Positions 1-13,171 are shown, counted from the first letter of the stretch. The stretch is 64,000 bases of DNA from Squalus acanthias (GCA_030390025.1 JASTWF010000342.1:124001-188000); one strand, 5' to 3'. The notes: generated by a model from the letters alone, not told the origin. Program-made: numbers and translations.

Positions 1-2800
1 GACATGGTAGCCATTACTGAGACATGGCTGCAAGATGGTCAGGTCTAGGAACTAAATATACCAGGTTATAAGGTCTACAGGAAAGATAGGGAAAATGTTA
101 GAAGGGGAGGAGTAGCCTTAGTGATTAAGGATGAAATCACTTCAATGATAAGAGAGGATATAATAAGGTAAGCAGGCAGTGGAGACTTTATGGGTAGAAT
201 TAAGAAATAGGAAAGGATTTAAGACGATAGTGGGAGTTGTGTATAGGCCCCGGTAGCAGCTGTGAAGTGCTAGATTGTATAACTGCAGAGGTTACACAAG
301 CATGTAGTAAAGGCAGAGTGGTTTTACTGGGGGAATTTAACCTTCATATAGATTGGATAAGCAGACTAGCACCTGCCAGAAAGGTCATGAATTTCTTGAG
401 TGTGTCTGGGATAGTTTTCTGCAACAATATGTTCTAGAACCAACAAGAGGGCATGCCATATTAGATTTAGTAATAAGTAACGAGCCAGATTTAGTTAACA
501 GCCTAACTGTGCTTGAACATTTATCTAATAGTGATCTTAACAGAATCGAGTTCAAAGTAGCGTTTGAAAGGGAGAAACGTGAAACAGCTACTAAGATTCT
601 AGATTTAGGTAAGGCCAACTTCAAGGGGATGAGACAGAGACTGTCCACAGTAAACTGGGCAAATCTGTTAATGGATAAAATGACAGAAGATCAGTGGGAG
701 GTGTTCAAAAAAGATTTTAACGTGATACAGAACCAGTTTATACCCCTAAGGGGCAAGAGCTCCACTTGCCAAAAAAAAAGCCATGGATGACTAAAGAGGT
801 AAGGGACAGCATAAAACTAAAAGAAAAAGCATACAGAAATGCAAAAAAAGCACAAATCTTGACGAATGGGAAAGATACAAGGAAGAGCAAAGGGTGACAA
901 AACAGATAGTAAGAGCTACAAAAAGGGAATATGAAAAGAAACTTGCAAGGGATATCAAAATCAACACAAAAAAAATTACAATTATATTAGGAAAAAGAGG
1001 GTGGTCAGCAGTAATGTTGACCCCTCGAAAACTGATATCGGTGATATTGTCAATGATAATAAGGAAATGGCAGACATGTTGAATAATTACTTTGTGTCAG
1101 TATTTACAGTAGAGGAAGAGGATAGTATACCGGAAACCCCAAGGAGACTAATATTGAATCAAGGACAGAAACTCAACTAAATTAGCGTAAGCAAAATAAC
1201 AGTAATGAAGAAAATAATGGCACTAAAGAGTGACAAATCCCCAGGACCACATGGTTTCCATCCCAGGGTTTAAAGGAAGTAGATGAGCGCTTTGTAGATG
1301 CTCTAACTATAATCTTCCAAAGTTCTCTCAATTCAGGAATCGGTCCTTTAGATTAAAAAATTGCACATGTCACTCCACTATTTAAAATGGTGAGAGATGG
1401 AAACCAGGGAATTATAGACCAGTAAGCCTAACATCTGTTGTCGGGAAATTGCTAGAGTCTGTAATTAAGGATAGGGTGACTGAACACCTTGAAAATTTTC
1501 AGCTGATCAGAGAGAGCCAGCATGGATTTGTGAAAGGTAGGTCAAGCCTGACAAACCTGACTGAAGTTTTTGAAGAAGAGACTAAAGTAGGGGACAGGGG
1601 AATGTCTATGGATGTTATTTATATGGACTTCCAGAAGGCATTTGATAAAGTCCCTCATAAGAGACCGTTAACTAAGGTTGAAGCCCATGGAATTGAGGGC
1701 AAATTATTGACCTGGTTAGGAAAGTGGCTGAGCAGCAGGAGACAGAGTAGGGATAATGGGTAGGTAGTCTAATTGGCAGGATGTGACTAGTGGTGTCCCG
1801 CAGGGATCTGTTTTGGGGCCTCAACTATTCACTGTATTTATTAACGACTTAGATGATGGGATAGAAAGCCACATGTCCAAATTTGCCGATGACACAAAGA
1901 TAGGTGGCATTGTAGGTAGTGTAGATAAAAGCATAAAATTGCAAAGGGATATCGAGAGATTAAGTGAATGGGCAAAACTGTGGCAAATGGATTTCAATGT
2001 AAGAAAATGTGAGGTCATCCACTTTGGACGTAAAAAGGATAGAACAGGGTACTTTCTAAATGATGAAAAACTATAAAACAGTGGAGGTCCAAAGAGACTT
2101 GGGGGTCTAGGTACATAGATCATTAAAATGTCATGAATAGGTACAGAAAATAATCAAAAAGGCTAATGGAATGCTGTCCTTTATATCTAGATGGCTAGAA
2201 TACAAGGGGGTAGAAGTTATGCTGTACAAGTTGTACAAAACCCTGGTTAGACCACACCTGGAGTACTGTGAGCAGTTCTGGGCACCATACCTTAGGAAGG
2301 ATGTATTGACCTTGGAGGGAGTGCAGGGTAGGTTGACTAGAATGATACCCGGACTTCAAGGGTTAAATTGCGATGAGAGATTACACAAATTAGGTTTTTA
2401 TTCCCTAGAATTTAAAATGTTAAGAGGTGATTCGATCGAAGTTTTCAAGATATTAAGGGGAACAGATAGGGTAGATAGAGAGAAACTATTTCTGCTGGTT
2501 GGGGATTCTAGGACTAGGGAGCATAGTCTAAAAATTAGAGCCTGACCTTTCAGGAGTGAAATTAGGAAACACTTCTACACACAAAGGGTGGTAGAAGTTT
2601 GGAACTCTCTTCTGCAAATGGCAATTGATGCTTGATCAATTGTTAATTTTAAATCGGAGATTGATAGATTTTTGTTAACCAAAGTTATTAAGGGATATGG
2701 GCCAAAGGCGGGTATATGGAGTTGGCTAATATAATTGAATGGCAGAACAGGCTCGAGGGGCTAAATGACCTACTCCTGGTCCTATGTTCCTATGTTCTTA
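1..2800 (+). mobile_element. CR1 LINE, degenerate ORF2 (APE endonuclease + RT), runs off the window start
   Basis: TETWL at ~17-31, [31 protein letters not shown] and SKFADDTK across frameshifted ORFs 353-2545; (CCTATGTT)n 3' tail at ~2780-2800. Confidence 0.95.
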
Positions 2801-3470
2801 AGTTGGATTTTTTTAGGCACAAGGGCACTAAGTGACACCTTTTAAAAGATTATATATAGAAAAAAATATTAAATTTACTATAAAACTGACTACTGTACAC
2901 AAATGAAACTAGTTTTTTAAATGGTTTTTAAAGTCATTTTCAGTTATTTAAAATTAACTTACTCACAGGTGGTGGGCTAGGCACTCTTATTAAAAATTCA
3001 TATTTTTTGTGATAAACCCATTTTCAACTATTAATAAAACTGCACCAGGTTACCACTCTTAAATATATCACAGAATTTTTTTTTAATGCAGGGCAAGAAA
3101 TAAACAATCACGTTCTAAAACGCTGCCTGATGGTACTGGTTCATGGGCGATTTCACGTTTGTGATTATGCAAAAGAGTTTGAGCGGAAACTTGATCCATA
3201 ACTTCGCTTTGGAAAACTAGTGCAATTTTGAGCACACTTTGCGCCCGGATTGTTGATTATGCTCAAAGCGAAAACTCTACCCCATCCTGTCCAAAAATCT
3301 GACCCTCAAATTCCAGATGCACTCTCATTACACCTGTCTCTCCATATCAGCTCATCCTTTCAGTCCCTTGTCTCCAATCAAACGAATGGAGAAAGGAAGA
3401 AGGCGCTCCGTAGCATACAGCATCCTTATTTAATTAGATTCCTGCTCAAAATGAGTGTCAGGAAAATATA

Positions 3471-3802
3471 CAGGAAACTTTCGTTTATCCGGCACCCTAA
3501 TATCCGGAATTCTCGCTTAACCGGCAAAAATCAGGTAAGTTTTATTATACAGACAAGACCCCGATTCTGACCTTTCGCCCCCACGAAAGGGGGGTCAACG
3601 TTCTTCCGACTCCGACCTGTCGCCGCCACGGAGGAAAAAGCCGGAGTCCCGTTTACCTTCCCTCTCCGGGTCCCAATTGTTCAGCCTGTGGCCGTGTACG
3701 GGGCTCTCGTACCTTGGTAAGTATACCTCTCTGTAATCCGGCACTTTCGATCAACCGGCACCACGCCGGTCCCGTCGGTGCCGGATAAACGAAAGTTTCC
3801 TG
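3471..3802. mobile_element. Tc1/mariner (Tigger/pogo-like) MITE, 332 bp
   Basis: Perfect 26-bp TIR CAGGAAACTTTCGTTTATCCGGCACC (3471-3496 / 3777-3802), flanked by TA on both sides. Confidence 0.9.
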
Positions 3803-4419
3803 TATATAATTGCACAGTTTTAGTGCTAATTGCAGCAGGGACCATATGGAAGCACAATTTTGTAGACTTACAACTCCAGTGGCAGAATATTGATCCTAAT
3901 AATTCTTGCATCAAGAGTATCTGTCACTCTTGAAGGTGTCATTCTCGCAAAGTGTTGGTCACAATTGCATCTGATTGACTCATATTTATATTCATAAAAG
4001 GCAACAAATCATAACTATACAGATAGTAAACCTACTGCTAAAAAAGTATATAAAAAATAAAGTCAGTTATTTTCTGCTAGTTTCTCCTGACCTACCAGCT
4101 CTCCAAGAGAACTGCTGCTATGGACACACCAGTGGCATAAGCACATATTGCCCAGCACATTTTCTGTCACCAGCACACAGGCAGAAATTCCTTGCGTTTT
4201 ATGCTGTCCCTCATTTGCATAATGTTAGTGGTCACAATTTGTATCAACTGCTGGGAGGGCAGATGTCAGAGTTGGCAAAGTTCCACAGTGGGAGCACAAA
4301 TCTAGTTAAATTACCCTGCTAATTATGAAGTTATTGTTCCAGCTAATCAGAAAAAGCAATGATAATTCCAGTACTGTAAATATGAATGATGTACTTTTAT
4401 GGTGCACAATTGTATACAA

Positions 4420-4685
4420 CAACAGCAAAAACAATTTGCTCATCCAAAACTCTGCTGGCCGTGTCCGAACTCTCACCAAGTCCCATTCACCAATCACCCC
4501 TGTGACCGCTGACCTACATTAGCTTCCGGTTCAACAAGAACTCGAATTTAAAATTCTCATCCTTGGGTTCAAATCCCTCCATGGCCTCAACCCTCCCTAT
4601 CTCTGTAACATCCTTCAGCCCCACAACCCTCCGGGAATTCTGCATCCCCACTTCTTTCACGTGCCTTCAGCTGCCTAGATCTTAA
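4420..4685 (+). mobile_element. L2-type LINE 3' fragment (part 1, interrupted by a Harbinger derivative)
   Basis: Encodes LIQNSAGRV..SHSPITPV.ADLH, typical of the L2 C-terminus; continues at 7704. Confidence 0.75.
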
Positions 4686-7600
4686 GGCCGTGATTTACCC
4701 TACCTCGGCAGATCTGAGGCGGGCGATGTCGGCAGCGGGTCTCGGCCCTGCTGCGGGCTCCATCCTGGCCTCCGAAATGACTTCCCGATGATTGGGCTTG
4801 TTAAGCCCACACAGCGTGTTTCCTGGCTAATTGAAGGAAGCAAGTCTGGTGACGTCATTTATGACGCATCATCAGCCAGTTTCCTGAAAGGGAACATTCC
4901 AAAATTTAGTTTGACATTTGTGCTGTCGGCATTGAGGTGCTGCAAACACTGACAAGCATGGCACAGAGGTGCACGGCTGCACCCAGGCTCTCACATAACT
5001 CCCTCCATATGCACAGGAGGACAGGAGGACACAAGCAGGGATGTCGTCAGGAGGACCAGGCTGCAGTGGCACAAACCTTTCAATGATCTCAGTAGATCAC
5101 GAAACGTTACTGCAAAGCCACATTCAACCTCATCCTGCTGTGCCACTCATCATGTTCCCATCACTCTGCCTTCTCTACCCTACTCCTGCACATCCTTACT
5201 CACACCAACTTACCTTGCACCTCCACCCATCCCTCTCTATCTACATTATCACTTCTCCATCTCACTAGCCACCCCTCACACTCACCCTCATCCTAGTCCA
5301 ATCATACCAACTAACACACAAGGGTAGGCACTTGGGTGTTTTAGCCAATGTTCATGTAAAATTTCTGTTAATGTGCTGTCAAACATTGAAACCTTTATTT
5401 TCAACACTTTGCGTTCTTGGACAGATTTGTGTGCACCTTTGGAAGTGGCTTAGTGAGTTGCAGTGAACTGTGAGACATAACGGTACCCCCCGCAATGGTG
5501 ACAAGTGTGAAAGGAATGGCTTGGGCATTGTAGGGATGCTTTATGGTGTTGGTGTGGGATGGTGCCAACCTGGTGCACCATGTGGCAGCCAGGGTGTACA
5601 GCATCATGTGAAGTAAATGTGGCCATGGTGAGGCATATCCCGGGCGTCCTGGGCAGCAATGTACTCGGTTACTTATGCTCTGTGTCCTGTGCAGCATCAG
5701 TTGATTGCAGAGAAGACTGGTGTTGTTGTTGGTGCTGCTGGTGTGCCTGGTGCTGCTAGTGGTGGGGCTGATCTTGGTGGGATTCTGAGGACCAAGGTGA
5801 GTGAGTTTCAAGTGCACCCATGCTGATGGAATAGATGGCAGGTGAAGTAGAGATGACAGAAGCGATCTGTCAATGGTGGGAGAGGAAATGAGGTCAGACT
5901 GGATGGAGACTTGTGCAAAGATTTGCAGCACTCTGAATCTGTAGTGGAAATGCAGTTTAGAGAAGCTAGTGGTTAAGGGAAGATGTCTCAATCAGCTGGG
6001 AGCTTTGACTTGATATTTGAAGCTGTCAACTGTAAGGTTTCCAAAATTTGCAGATCCCCAGAAACCTAAGGAAAAAGGACTTTGGAACTACCTCAGAGTG
6101 ATAATATTGCATTTGGGCCTAACCGAAGAGACTGTAAGACCAAAAAACCAAGTTTTGGCATTTTAAAAACATGTAAAGGGAGAAAAGGCTGTGAAGGAAG
6201 TTGGGTTCGACCTCTGTAAAAGCAGTTTTGGGTATTGCAGTTAATTGCACTGTCTGGGGAACCGGGATGACCTCACTCAAAGCCCCAGCAAGCATTAACA
6301 TTTTGACAATAGACCCTTGGAGAAGACAGTCCCACCCAAAACAACAGGCCCCATCAAACTGATTACAGGGCCCATCAGAAAACATGCATAATACAAATAC
6401 TCTATAGAAGTCCTAGGCCCAGTCAAGAAACCCAAAACATGAGGACAATTTAAACTCCGATTAAACAACAGATCAACAGGATGGAGCTATCCTGAAACCA
6501 CTTCACACATTTACCAAACCAGTTAACACGCTAGTAAAGTCATTACTGTTAACGAGGCCTCAAATCTTACAATGACCGGGATTTGATTTTGGTTTTGATA
6601 AGGAAGCTTCAATGGGTATAATTAAAGGCCCATACTCAACAGTTCTCCAGTAACAACAGTTCAAGTTCAACAGAAGGCAGTTCTGCAGTTTGGAGTTCAA
6701 TTGAAAGCCTGTTTTCAGCCAGAAGTCAGTGCTGGAGTTACAGAGTTCAGGAGAAGCAAGTTGGGCAGTTAAAGAAGACAGTTCAGTAAGAAGGGAGTTC
6801 TCCAGTTCTCCAGCACAACAGTTACAGTTCTGCAAGAAGGCTGTTCCACAGCTCGGAAGAAGACAGTTTAAACAGAGGCAGAGTTCAACAGAAAGAAGTT
6901 CAACAAAGAAGGCCAACAGCTCCAGAAGCAGGCCGACACGCAAGAAGAAACCAGAGTGACCGCCTCAGTGACCATCGGACACCTCGCGGCAACAAGGGCC
7001 TTACGAAACTTTTACTCAATAGACTCTAAACCCTAACTCTCAACTGTCAAGGATTCGTTTGGTGAGCATTATCCCTGGTTCTCCAGAGACCTACCGAGCT
7101 AGAGAAGTGGGATTGGGAGGGGTGAAGTATTCTTCTAATGTTATTTCCCTCGCTTGTACCGAAGTGTTCTCCACCTTTAGAGTGTTAAGAGTGTTTGTGT
7201 TGTGTTTTACTTTTCTTGAATAAAGAACAAAGTTCTTTCATCAAACTCATTTGTCCGCTGCACCTTTCATCACAACCCCCAAATAAGTCCAAGGTCTAGA
7301 ACCAAGGGCGTGGGAGCGATTCGAACCGCTCAGAAGTCAGAGGTAAAGCTGACAGAAACCACCACCCCCTACACAACTCATCAGCTGATTCAATGGCCAC
7401 TGACCTCCTGCCTCAGCTTCACTGATGAGGTCTAGGCACAGCAGGAAACCGGTGGACGACCTGTCAAATCCAAAAATGCTGGGAAAAAACCCATTGATAA
7501 GTGGCTGTAAACAAGCCACTAATGATTTTAATTGCCTCCCCTGCCGCTGCCTGTCGGGTCTGCTCAGCGCTGGCAGACCCGACATTGGGAAAGTCCATTG

Positions 7601-7703
7601 TGCGCGTTTGACAGCGGGTCGGGAACCTGCTGTCAATCATTTTAAATTTAACAGCTGACCCGCCACCCATCCCGTCCGCTGAGCACTGGCAAAATTACCT
7701 CCC
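4686..7703 (+). mobile_element. Non-autonomous Harbinger derivative (family NA-1) containing a solo LTR
   Basis: Starts GGCCGTGATTT after TAA; Myb-exon remnant ~4960-5100; homologous to 21282-23085, 34536-36331, 41915-43395 and 63052-63752; right end approximate. Confidence 0.75.
6031..7373 (+). mobile_element. Solo LTR (family A), 1343 bp
   Basis: TGTAAG...CTACA termini; 4-bp TSD CAAC (6027-6030 / 7374-7377); TATA-like TATAATT at 6617; AATAAA at 7219. Confidence 0.9.
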
Positions 7704-7905
7704 TAAGCCTCTTTGCATCTCTACCTTTCTCTCCTCCTTTAAGATGCTCATTAAACGCTACCTCTTTGATCAAGCTTTTAGTCACCTGTCTTAATATCGC
7801 CTTATGTGGTTCAGTTTCAAATTTAGTCTTATAATGCTCCTGTAAAGCACCTTGGGATGTTTCACTACATTAAAGGTGCTATATAAATGCAAGTTGTTGT
7901 TGTTG
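7704..7905 (+). mobile_element. L2-type LINE 3' end (part 2)
   Basis: ...GCTATATAAATGCAAG(TTG)n tail; collinear with the L2 end seen at 23368-23835. Confidence 0.75.
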
Positions 7906-8339
7906 TATAGAAGAAGACTATTCAACCCCATTGTGCTAGCTCTTCATCTTGAGCTATCCAGTCTAATCTCATATGAACATGCGAACATACAAAAAATAAT
8001 GGGCAGGAAAAGACTGACTGGTCCATCCAGCCTGTCCCACACAAATGTGATGTCTTGTGCACAGGCCTCACCCTGGGCCTCCGCGGACCAAAGGATCTGC
8101 CTGGATCCCAGAAGCAAGTGGAAGACTCAAGAAACAAATTTTTGTATGTTTTTAACATTCTTCCTCCTCACAAGGATGTTTTTCAGCAACTGGCGCCTTC
8201 TGGCCGGTGCTCTCTTGCAATAGCCAGATGCCCCAATCCCTCCGCCCGATAGACCGGCAGCTGCACTCTAGATGCATGGCCGGCCCATGCAAAAAGCCCA
8301 GGGCAATTGCCTAATCACAGGTACAGCACACCACAGGGC

Positions 8340-9963
8340 TGTAGGGGGTGGTGGTTTTGTGTCAGCTTCACCTCTGACTTCTGGGAGGTTCAAATCGCTC
8401 CCACTCCCTTGGTTCTAGACCTTGGACTTATTTGGGGGTTGTGATAAAAGGTGCAGCAGATAACTGAGTTTGGTGAAAAGAACTTCAATCTTTATTAAAA
8501 AGGTAAAACACAAATAATAACATTCTTAACACTCTAAAGGTGGAGAACACTTCGGTACAAGCGAGGGAAATGACAGTAGAACAATACTTCACCCCTCCCA
8601 ACCCCACTTTACTAGCTAAGTTAGGCTGTGGAGGACCAGGGATAATGCTCACCAATCCTTTGACAGTTGGGCTAAATCACGGTTTTGGGGTTCGCTGTTT
8701 ATGGCGGTTAGTGTCTGCCATACCCTGTACGCGGTAGAGGACTTCACCTGCGTATCTGGTCAGTCTTCGCGAGTCCGTTGATGCGGTAGGATGTCGTTTT
8801 GGATCTATCTGGTGAGTACCCAATTTCTTTGGTTTAGCAGTAGGGTTTAGAGTCTTTGGGGAAGTCAGGAGTAGATTGTAGTGTGGAAACTTTGCGATTC
8901 TTCGGGTATTTCTTCCCTTGAGTTGGTCTTTGTTGGTCGCGGTGGCCTGCTATTACCCGGTCATTGGGGGTAATATACGATTGTTGGTTTCTTGAGGCCT
9001 TTGGTTTCCGCGATGGTTTTAGGCCATGTCTAGTGTGTCGGTCGACCTCGTGGAGCCGTCGGTGACTTGTTGCTGCTTGTTGCTCCGGGTGACTGTGTTG
9101 GGACTGTTGTTGGAAGTCCGTCGAGGTGGTATCTTCACGAGCTGGACTCAGGTGTGTCTGAGTGGTGAGCGATGCCGACTCGCTTGCAGCTCGGCTTGTC
9201 TTCTTCCTTGTTTCTTCTTCTTCTGATGACCACCGACCTTGAACTGCTTAACGGGCCTTCAATTATACGGAATTGAAGTGGCCTTATCTACCCGCCAAAT
9301 TTACTCAGTTCATTGTCTGGTTTTGGCGGGCTCGTTAACCGGTAATGACTTACTAGCGTGTTAACTGGTTTATTAACAGGCCTTCAATCTCACCCATTGA
9401 ACATGGCCTTATCTACCCGCCAAATCTGCTCAGTTCATTGTCTGATTTTGGCGGGCCTGTTACCAGTAACTGCTCTGTAAGTGTCAAATGGCTTTTGGGA
9501 TGGCTTGCATCCTGTCGATCTCCTTGGTTGATCACTGGTGATTGATTTTGTGTTTGGGTTTCTAGGTTGGACTCAGTCTTTCTATAGAATGGTTCTGAGT
9601 GGGTTTTATTATGCATGTTTCTGATGGGCCCTGTAATCGGTTTTGATGGGGCCTGTTATTTTGGGTGGGACTGTCTTCTCCCAGGGTCTATTGTCAAAAT
9701 GTTAATGTCTGCTGGGGCTTGAGTGGGGTCATCCCGGTTCCCCAGACAGTGCAATTAACTGCAATAACCAAACTGCTTTTACAGAGGTCGAGCCCACCTC
9801 CTTGTCCCTTTACAGGCCCAGACATAGTTTTACAATGCCAAAACTTCGTTTTTGGTCTTAAATTCCTTAGTTTAGGCCCAAATGCATTTTTATCACTCTG
9901 AGGTAGTTCCAAAGTCCTTTTTCCTTAGGTTTTTGGGGATCTGCAAATGTTGGAAACTTTACA
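8340..9963 (-). mobile_element. Solo LTR (family A), 1624 bp, inverted relative to 6031-7373
   Basis: TGTA...TACA termini; TSD GGGC (8336-8339 / 9964-9967); both ends homologous to 6031-7373; AATAAA on minus at 8491-8496. Confidence 0.9.
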
Positions 9964-10998
9964 GGGCTTAAAATCTCTCCCACTGCTTTATGGCACATGG
10001 TCAGTGCAAGATAATCGGAGCTTCCATTGGCATCTATGGAATAATCCATTTTATTGGAGATTAATTGTCTTTTGCTGTGCGGTGACCTTCGCAAATAGAT
10101 GACTATCCATTGGCACAAGTTAGCACAAGTTAACAAGACTAGATGGAATACATCCAAAAGCTCTTCGGAAATTAGAGTAAAAGTTGGAGAAGACGTGGTT
10201 GAAATTTTCTGCAGCTCATTAACAGTCGTGGTAGCAGATGATTGGAAAGCTGGTAACAACACATTTAAAACATGTTATTTTTTTAGCTTCTTGCATTGTA
10301 TAATCATAGCATTAAGGGATAAATTTTCATCCTTAGCATTCCCTGCACAGAGCTTTGCATGCTAGGAGCATATATTGAGAATACATCACATAATTTTCCG
10401 TCCATAATGGATAATAAATCATGGAGGGGCATGTGCGTGAATTTCTGATATGAACTTATGGCGAGTTAAGCTCTGTGCCAGGAGATTAAAATTAATGAAG
10501 ACAAATCAGTAGAGGCAAGTACATGCCACTTTTATTTACAAAAACAGGAAAATATGGGCCAAAGACTGTAAATCAATAGCAAGTAAAACGTCTTGATTCT
10601 CTGAAATTTCCTCTCGTGTTCCTTGAGTGATCAAAAAGAAAGGGGGAGAAATTGGGCATCGCCCATTTTGGGGCGCTAATAACGGCCGGGCGCAAATTTT
10701 AGCACCCGCCGCTAATTATCACCACCGACCGCAAAATTAGTCTTTAGTGCCCCTGGAGGTGATTGGAGCGCTAAATCAAGTGCTACACACCTCTCTTAGA
10801 GCACTAACATCAGGGAACGGGGCGTTACCGCAGAACGCCACTGAAGCTCAGGTGATGTCAATTACCTTGTACTCAGACAGACTGGCACCGTCCGGTTCTT
10901 AAAGGGTAGGGTCAATCATGCTGCACAGCCTCACCCTGATCATTGCTGCGTTTGACATCGGCCTGCAAGCAGTTAAAAATCTTCATCCAAGATTTCTG

Positions 10999-12250
10999 AT
11001 GGATACTCAGAGGCCCAGTGAGAGAGCTCGTCGGTTTAGTGACCAGGCATTGGTGGCTCTGGTTGGCGCAGTTGAACTACGATAGGCAGTGCTCTTTCCA
11101 GAGACTGGCAGGAGGCCATTGCCCCACGAGTTTAGAAGAGTCTGGAGGGAGGTAACCCAGCATGTGTCATCGCAGAACCTGGTGCAAAGGACACATACAC
11201 AGTGTCGTAAGAAATTGAACGACCTCACTCGGGTGGTCAGGGTGAGTACCTGCTTTTCAATACCTCTACATCCCACCATCTCAACCTCACTCTGTGCACA
11301 GACGGTGTAAATACCCAAATGCCCAACACTCATCCAACAACTATGGCCATCTCATAAAAATCACATGCACATCCCACACCTTGCACACATTAACGGCTAT
11401 TCAACTATGGTAGGCACATCTGCCAAACACATGGCTGCACACTCACTCACACGCTGTCCTTTTTCTTGTAGGCCAAGCTTTCACATAATTGCAGGGAGCA
11501 ACAATGGATGGGAGGAGGACAGGCGGAGCTGTACCCCCTCACACAATTTGAGGAGAGAGTCCACAGACTCATTGCCAGCCATGTAGTCGATGCTGTGGCC
11601 GTTGGAGAGGTCGACGCCCTTGGGGACAGCAATGGTATGTTAATCAGCTTTCTTTCCTGTCTCATACCATCTCCCCCACAACACCAGCCTTTTACACTTT
11701 CCATTTAACTATACTCCAGTCCTTGCTCCCTTCCTGTCCCCCTGCCCTCACGTTAAGGCCACTCTTGTACCTTCCTGCTTTCAGATAGTGAACCACCAGG
11801 TGACCAGCCTGTCCCTCAGCCTCCCAGTGGCAGTGACACGGCAGAGGAGGAGGAAGAGGAAGCCAGAGCCTCTCTGCCTGCATCTCCCAAGGGTGACACT
11901 TCTGACACTGGGGCCACGCATTCTCTGGTGGGAGTAGGGGGTTTGCATCTGATGTGGGTGAAGCTTCAGGACCCAGCGGACTGCAGCAATGCCATGGGGG
12001 AAGGGAAGCTCGGGGGCCATCTCCCCGGAGGGTGAGTGCACGCATGAGTTCTGCTGCACAGGACTCAGATGAAGACCTTGATATCGCGGCCATGAATACT
12101 CAGGCTATGAGCATGCATACTGAGCTCATGGATGCAATGGCAAGGGAGCCCAACAGCATGGATGCACTCCTTCAAGGCCATCTGCAGTCTCTGGATCCAA
12201 CATTCAGCAGCCTTCCGCCAGCCTTGCTGCAGCCACTGGGGCCACATTAC
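10999..12250 (+). pseudogene. Harbinger Myb/SANT-like DNA-binding gene remnant, 3 exons (10999-11241, 11472-11634, 11785-~12250)
   Basis: MDTQRPSERARRFSDQAL...W.EV...QCRKKLNDL then GTGAGT donor; exon 2 AKLSHN..MGGG..LTQFEE with TAG/GTATGT sites; in-frame stop in exon 1; exon 3 internally deleted. Confidence 0.85.
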
Positions 12251-12385
12251 GGAGGAGCAGTAGGGTGGGAAGGGGGGAAGTGCGCAGGGGATGGAGATCA
12301 CCCTCGAAGGGCGAAAAGTAAAAATTCTCCAATAAATGGGGGGAGTGTTTGTGCCAAAGTTTGATGTTCGTGTTAGAGAGTCATA

Positions 12386-13168
12386 GGGGGAAAAACTCAG
12401 TATCGCCCATTTTGGGGCGCTAATATTGGCCGGGTGCAAAGTTTAGCGCCCGGCACTAATTATCGCCTCCAACTGCAAAATTCGCCTCTATTGCCCCTGG
12501 AGGTGATTTGAGTGCTAAATCAGGCGCTAACATCGGGGAGCGAGGCGCTACCTCAGAATGCGACCGAAGCTCAGACAATGCCAATTACCATGGAAGCCAG
12601 ACAGACTGGTGCCATCCAATTCTTAAAGGGGAGGGGCCATCTTGCTGGCCAGCCACTCCCTGCTCATTGCAGCCTTGAATCTCAGCCTGGAGAGACCTCA
12701 AAAGCAATTGTGTTGGAAACACTAATGGATAGGCCCAGGGAAAGATCTCGGCGCTTTGGAACCTCAAAAGTGGTGCTGAGGGCCAAAACTCTTTAGGACA
12801 GCATTAAAACCAAAAATGTTGCTGACAAGAAAAGGCAGGAAGCGTCCGCCTTTAAATAACGCACCCCCATCCACTTCCCGACTTGAAAACGTTCCCCATT
12901 ACCTGTCATTCCTAGCAGCAGGCACTAAGGCGGGGGGCGCGACTCAATATCCGGTCTGGGGCACTACCGGGGCATTGCACGCTTGACTGACATCACGATC
13001 TGTGGCCGCAGGAGATCGTGGCGGTAGTGTTTAGCGCCGCCGGAAAACGATTGGTCAATTTCGCGAGTGGTGCTAAAATCGCCGCGCTTGGGCGCTAAGT
13101 TCCTAGCGCCCCGTCAGTGCCTCTGGGGGGCGCTAACGGGAGGCACTAGCCAAACAAATTTTTCCCCC
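12386..13168. mobile_element. Harbinger MITE (783 bp) of the H1 family
   Basis: GGGGGAAAAA/TTTTTCCCCC TIR; TSD ATA (12383-12385 / 13169-13171); both ends homologous to the H1 ends; splits a CR1 tail. Confidence 0.9.
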
Positions 13169-13171
13169 ATA

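Noticed and set aside
5401..5991. 196-aa ORF
   Set aside because: Low-complexity NA-1 sequence; the frame is not preserved in other copies.
6640..6960. CRISPR-like or coding repeat array (ORFs 6560-6943, 6729-6959)
   Set aside because: Short degenerate units with irregular spacing inside an LTR; no cas genes; eukaryotic context.
6031..9963. Single element with long inverted terminal repeats (DIRS/foldback)
   Set aside because: Each arm has its own TG..CA ends and its own 4-bp TSD.
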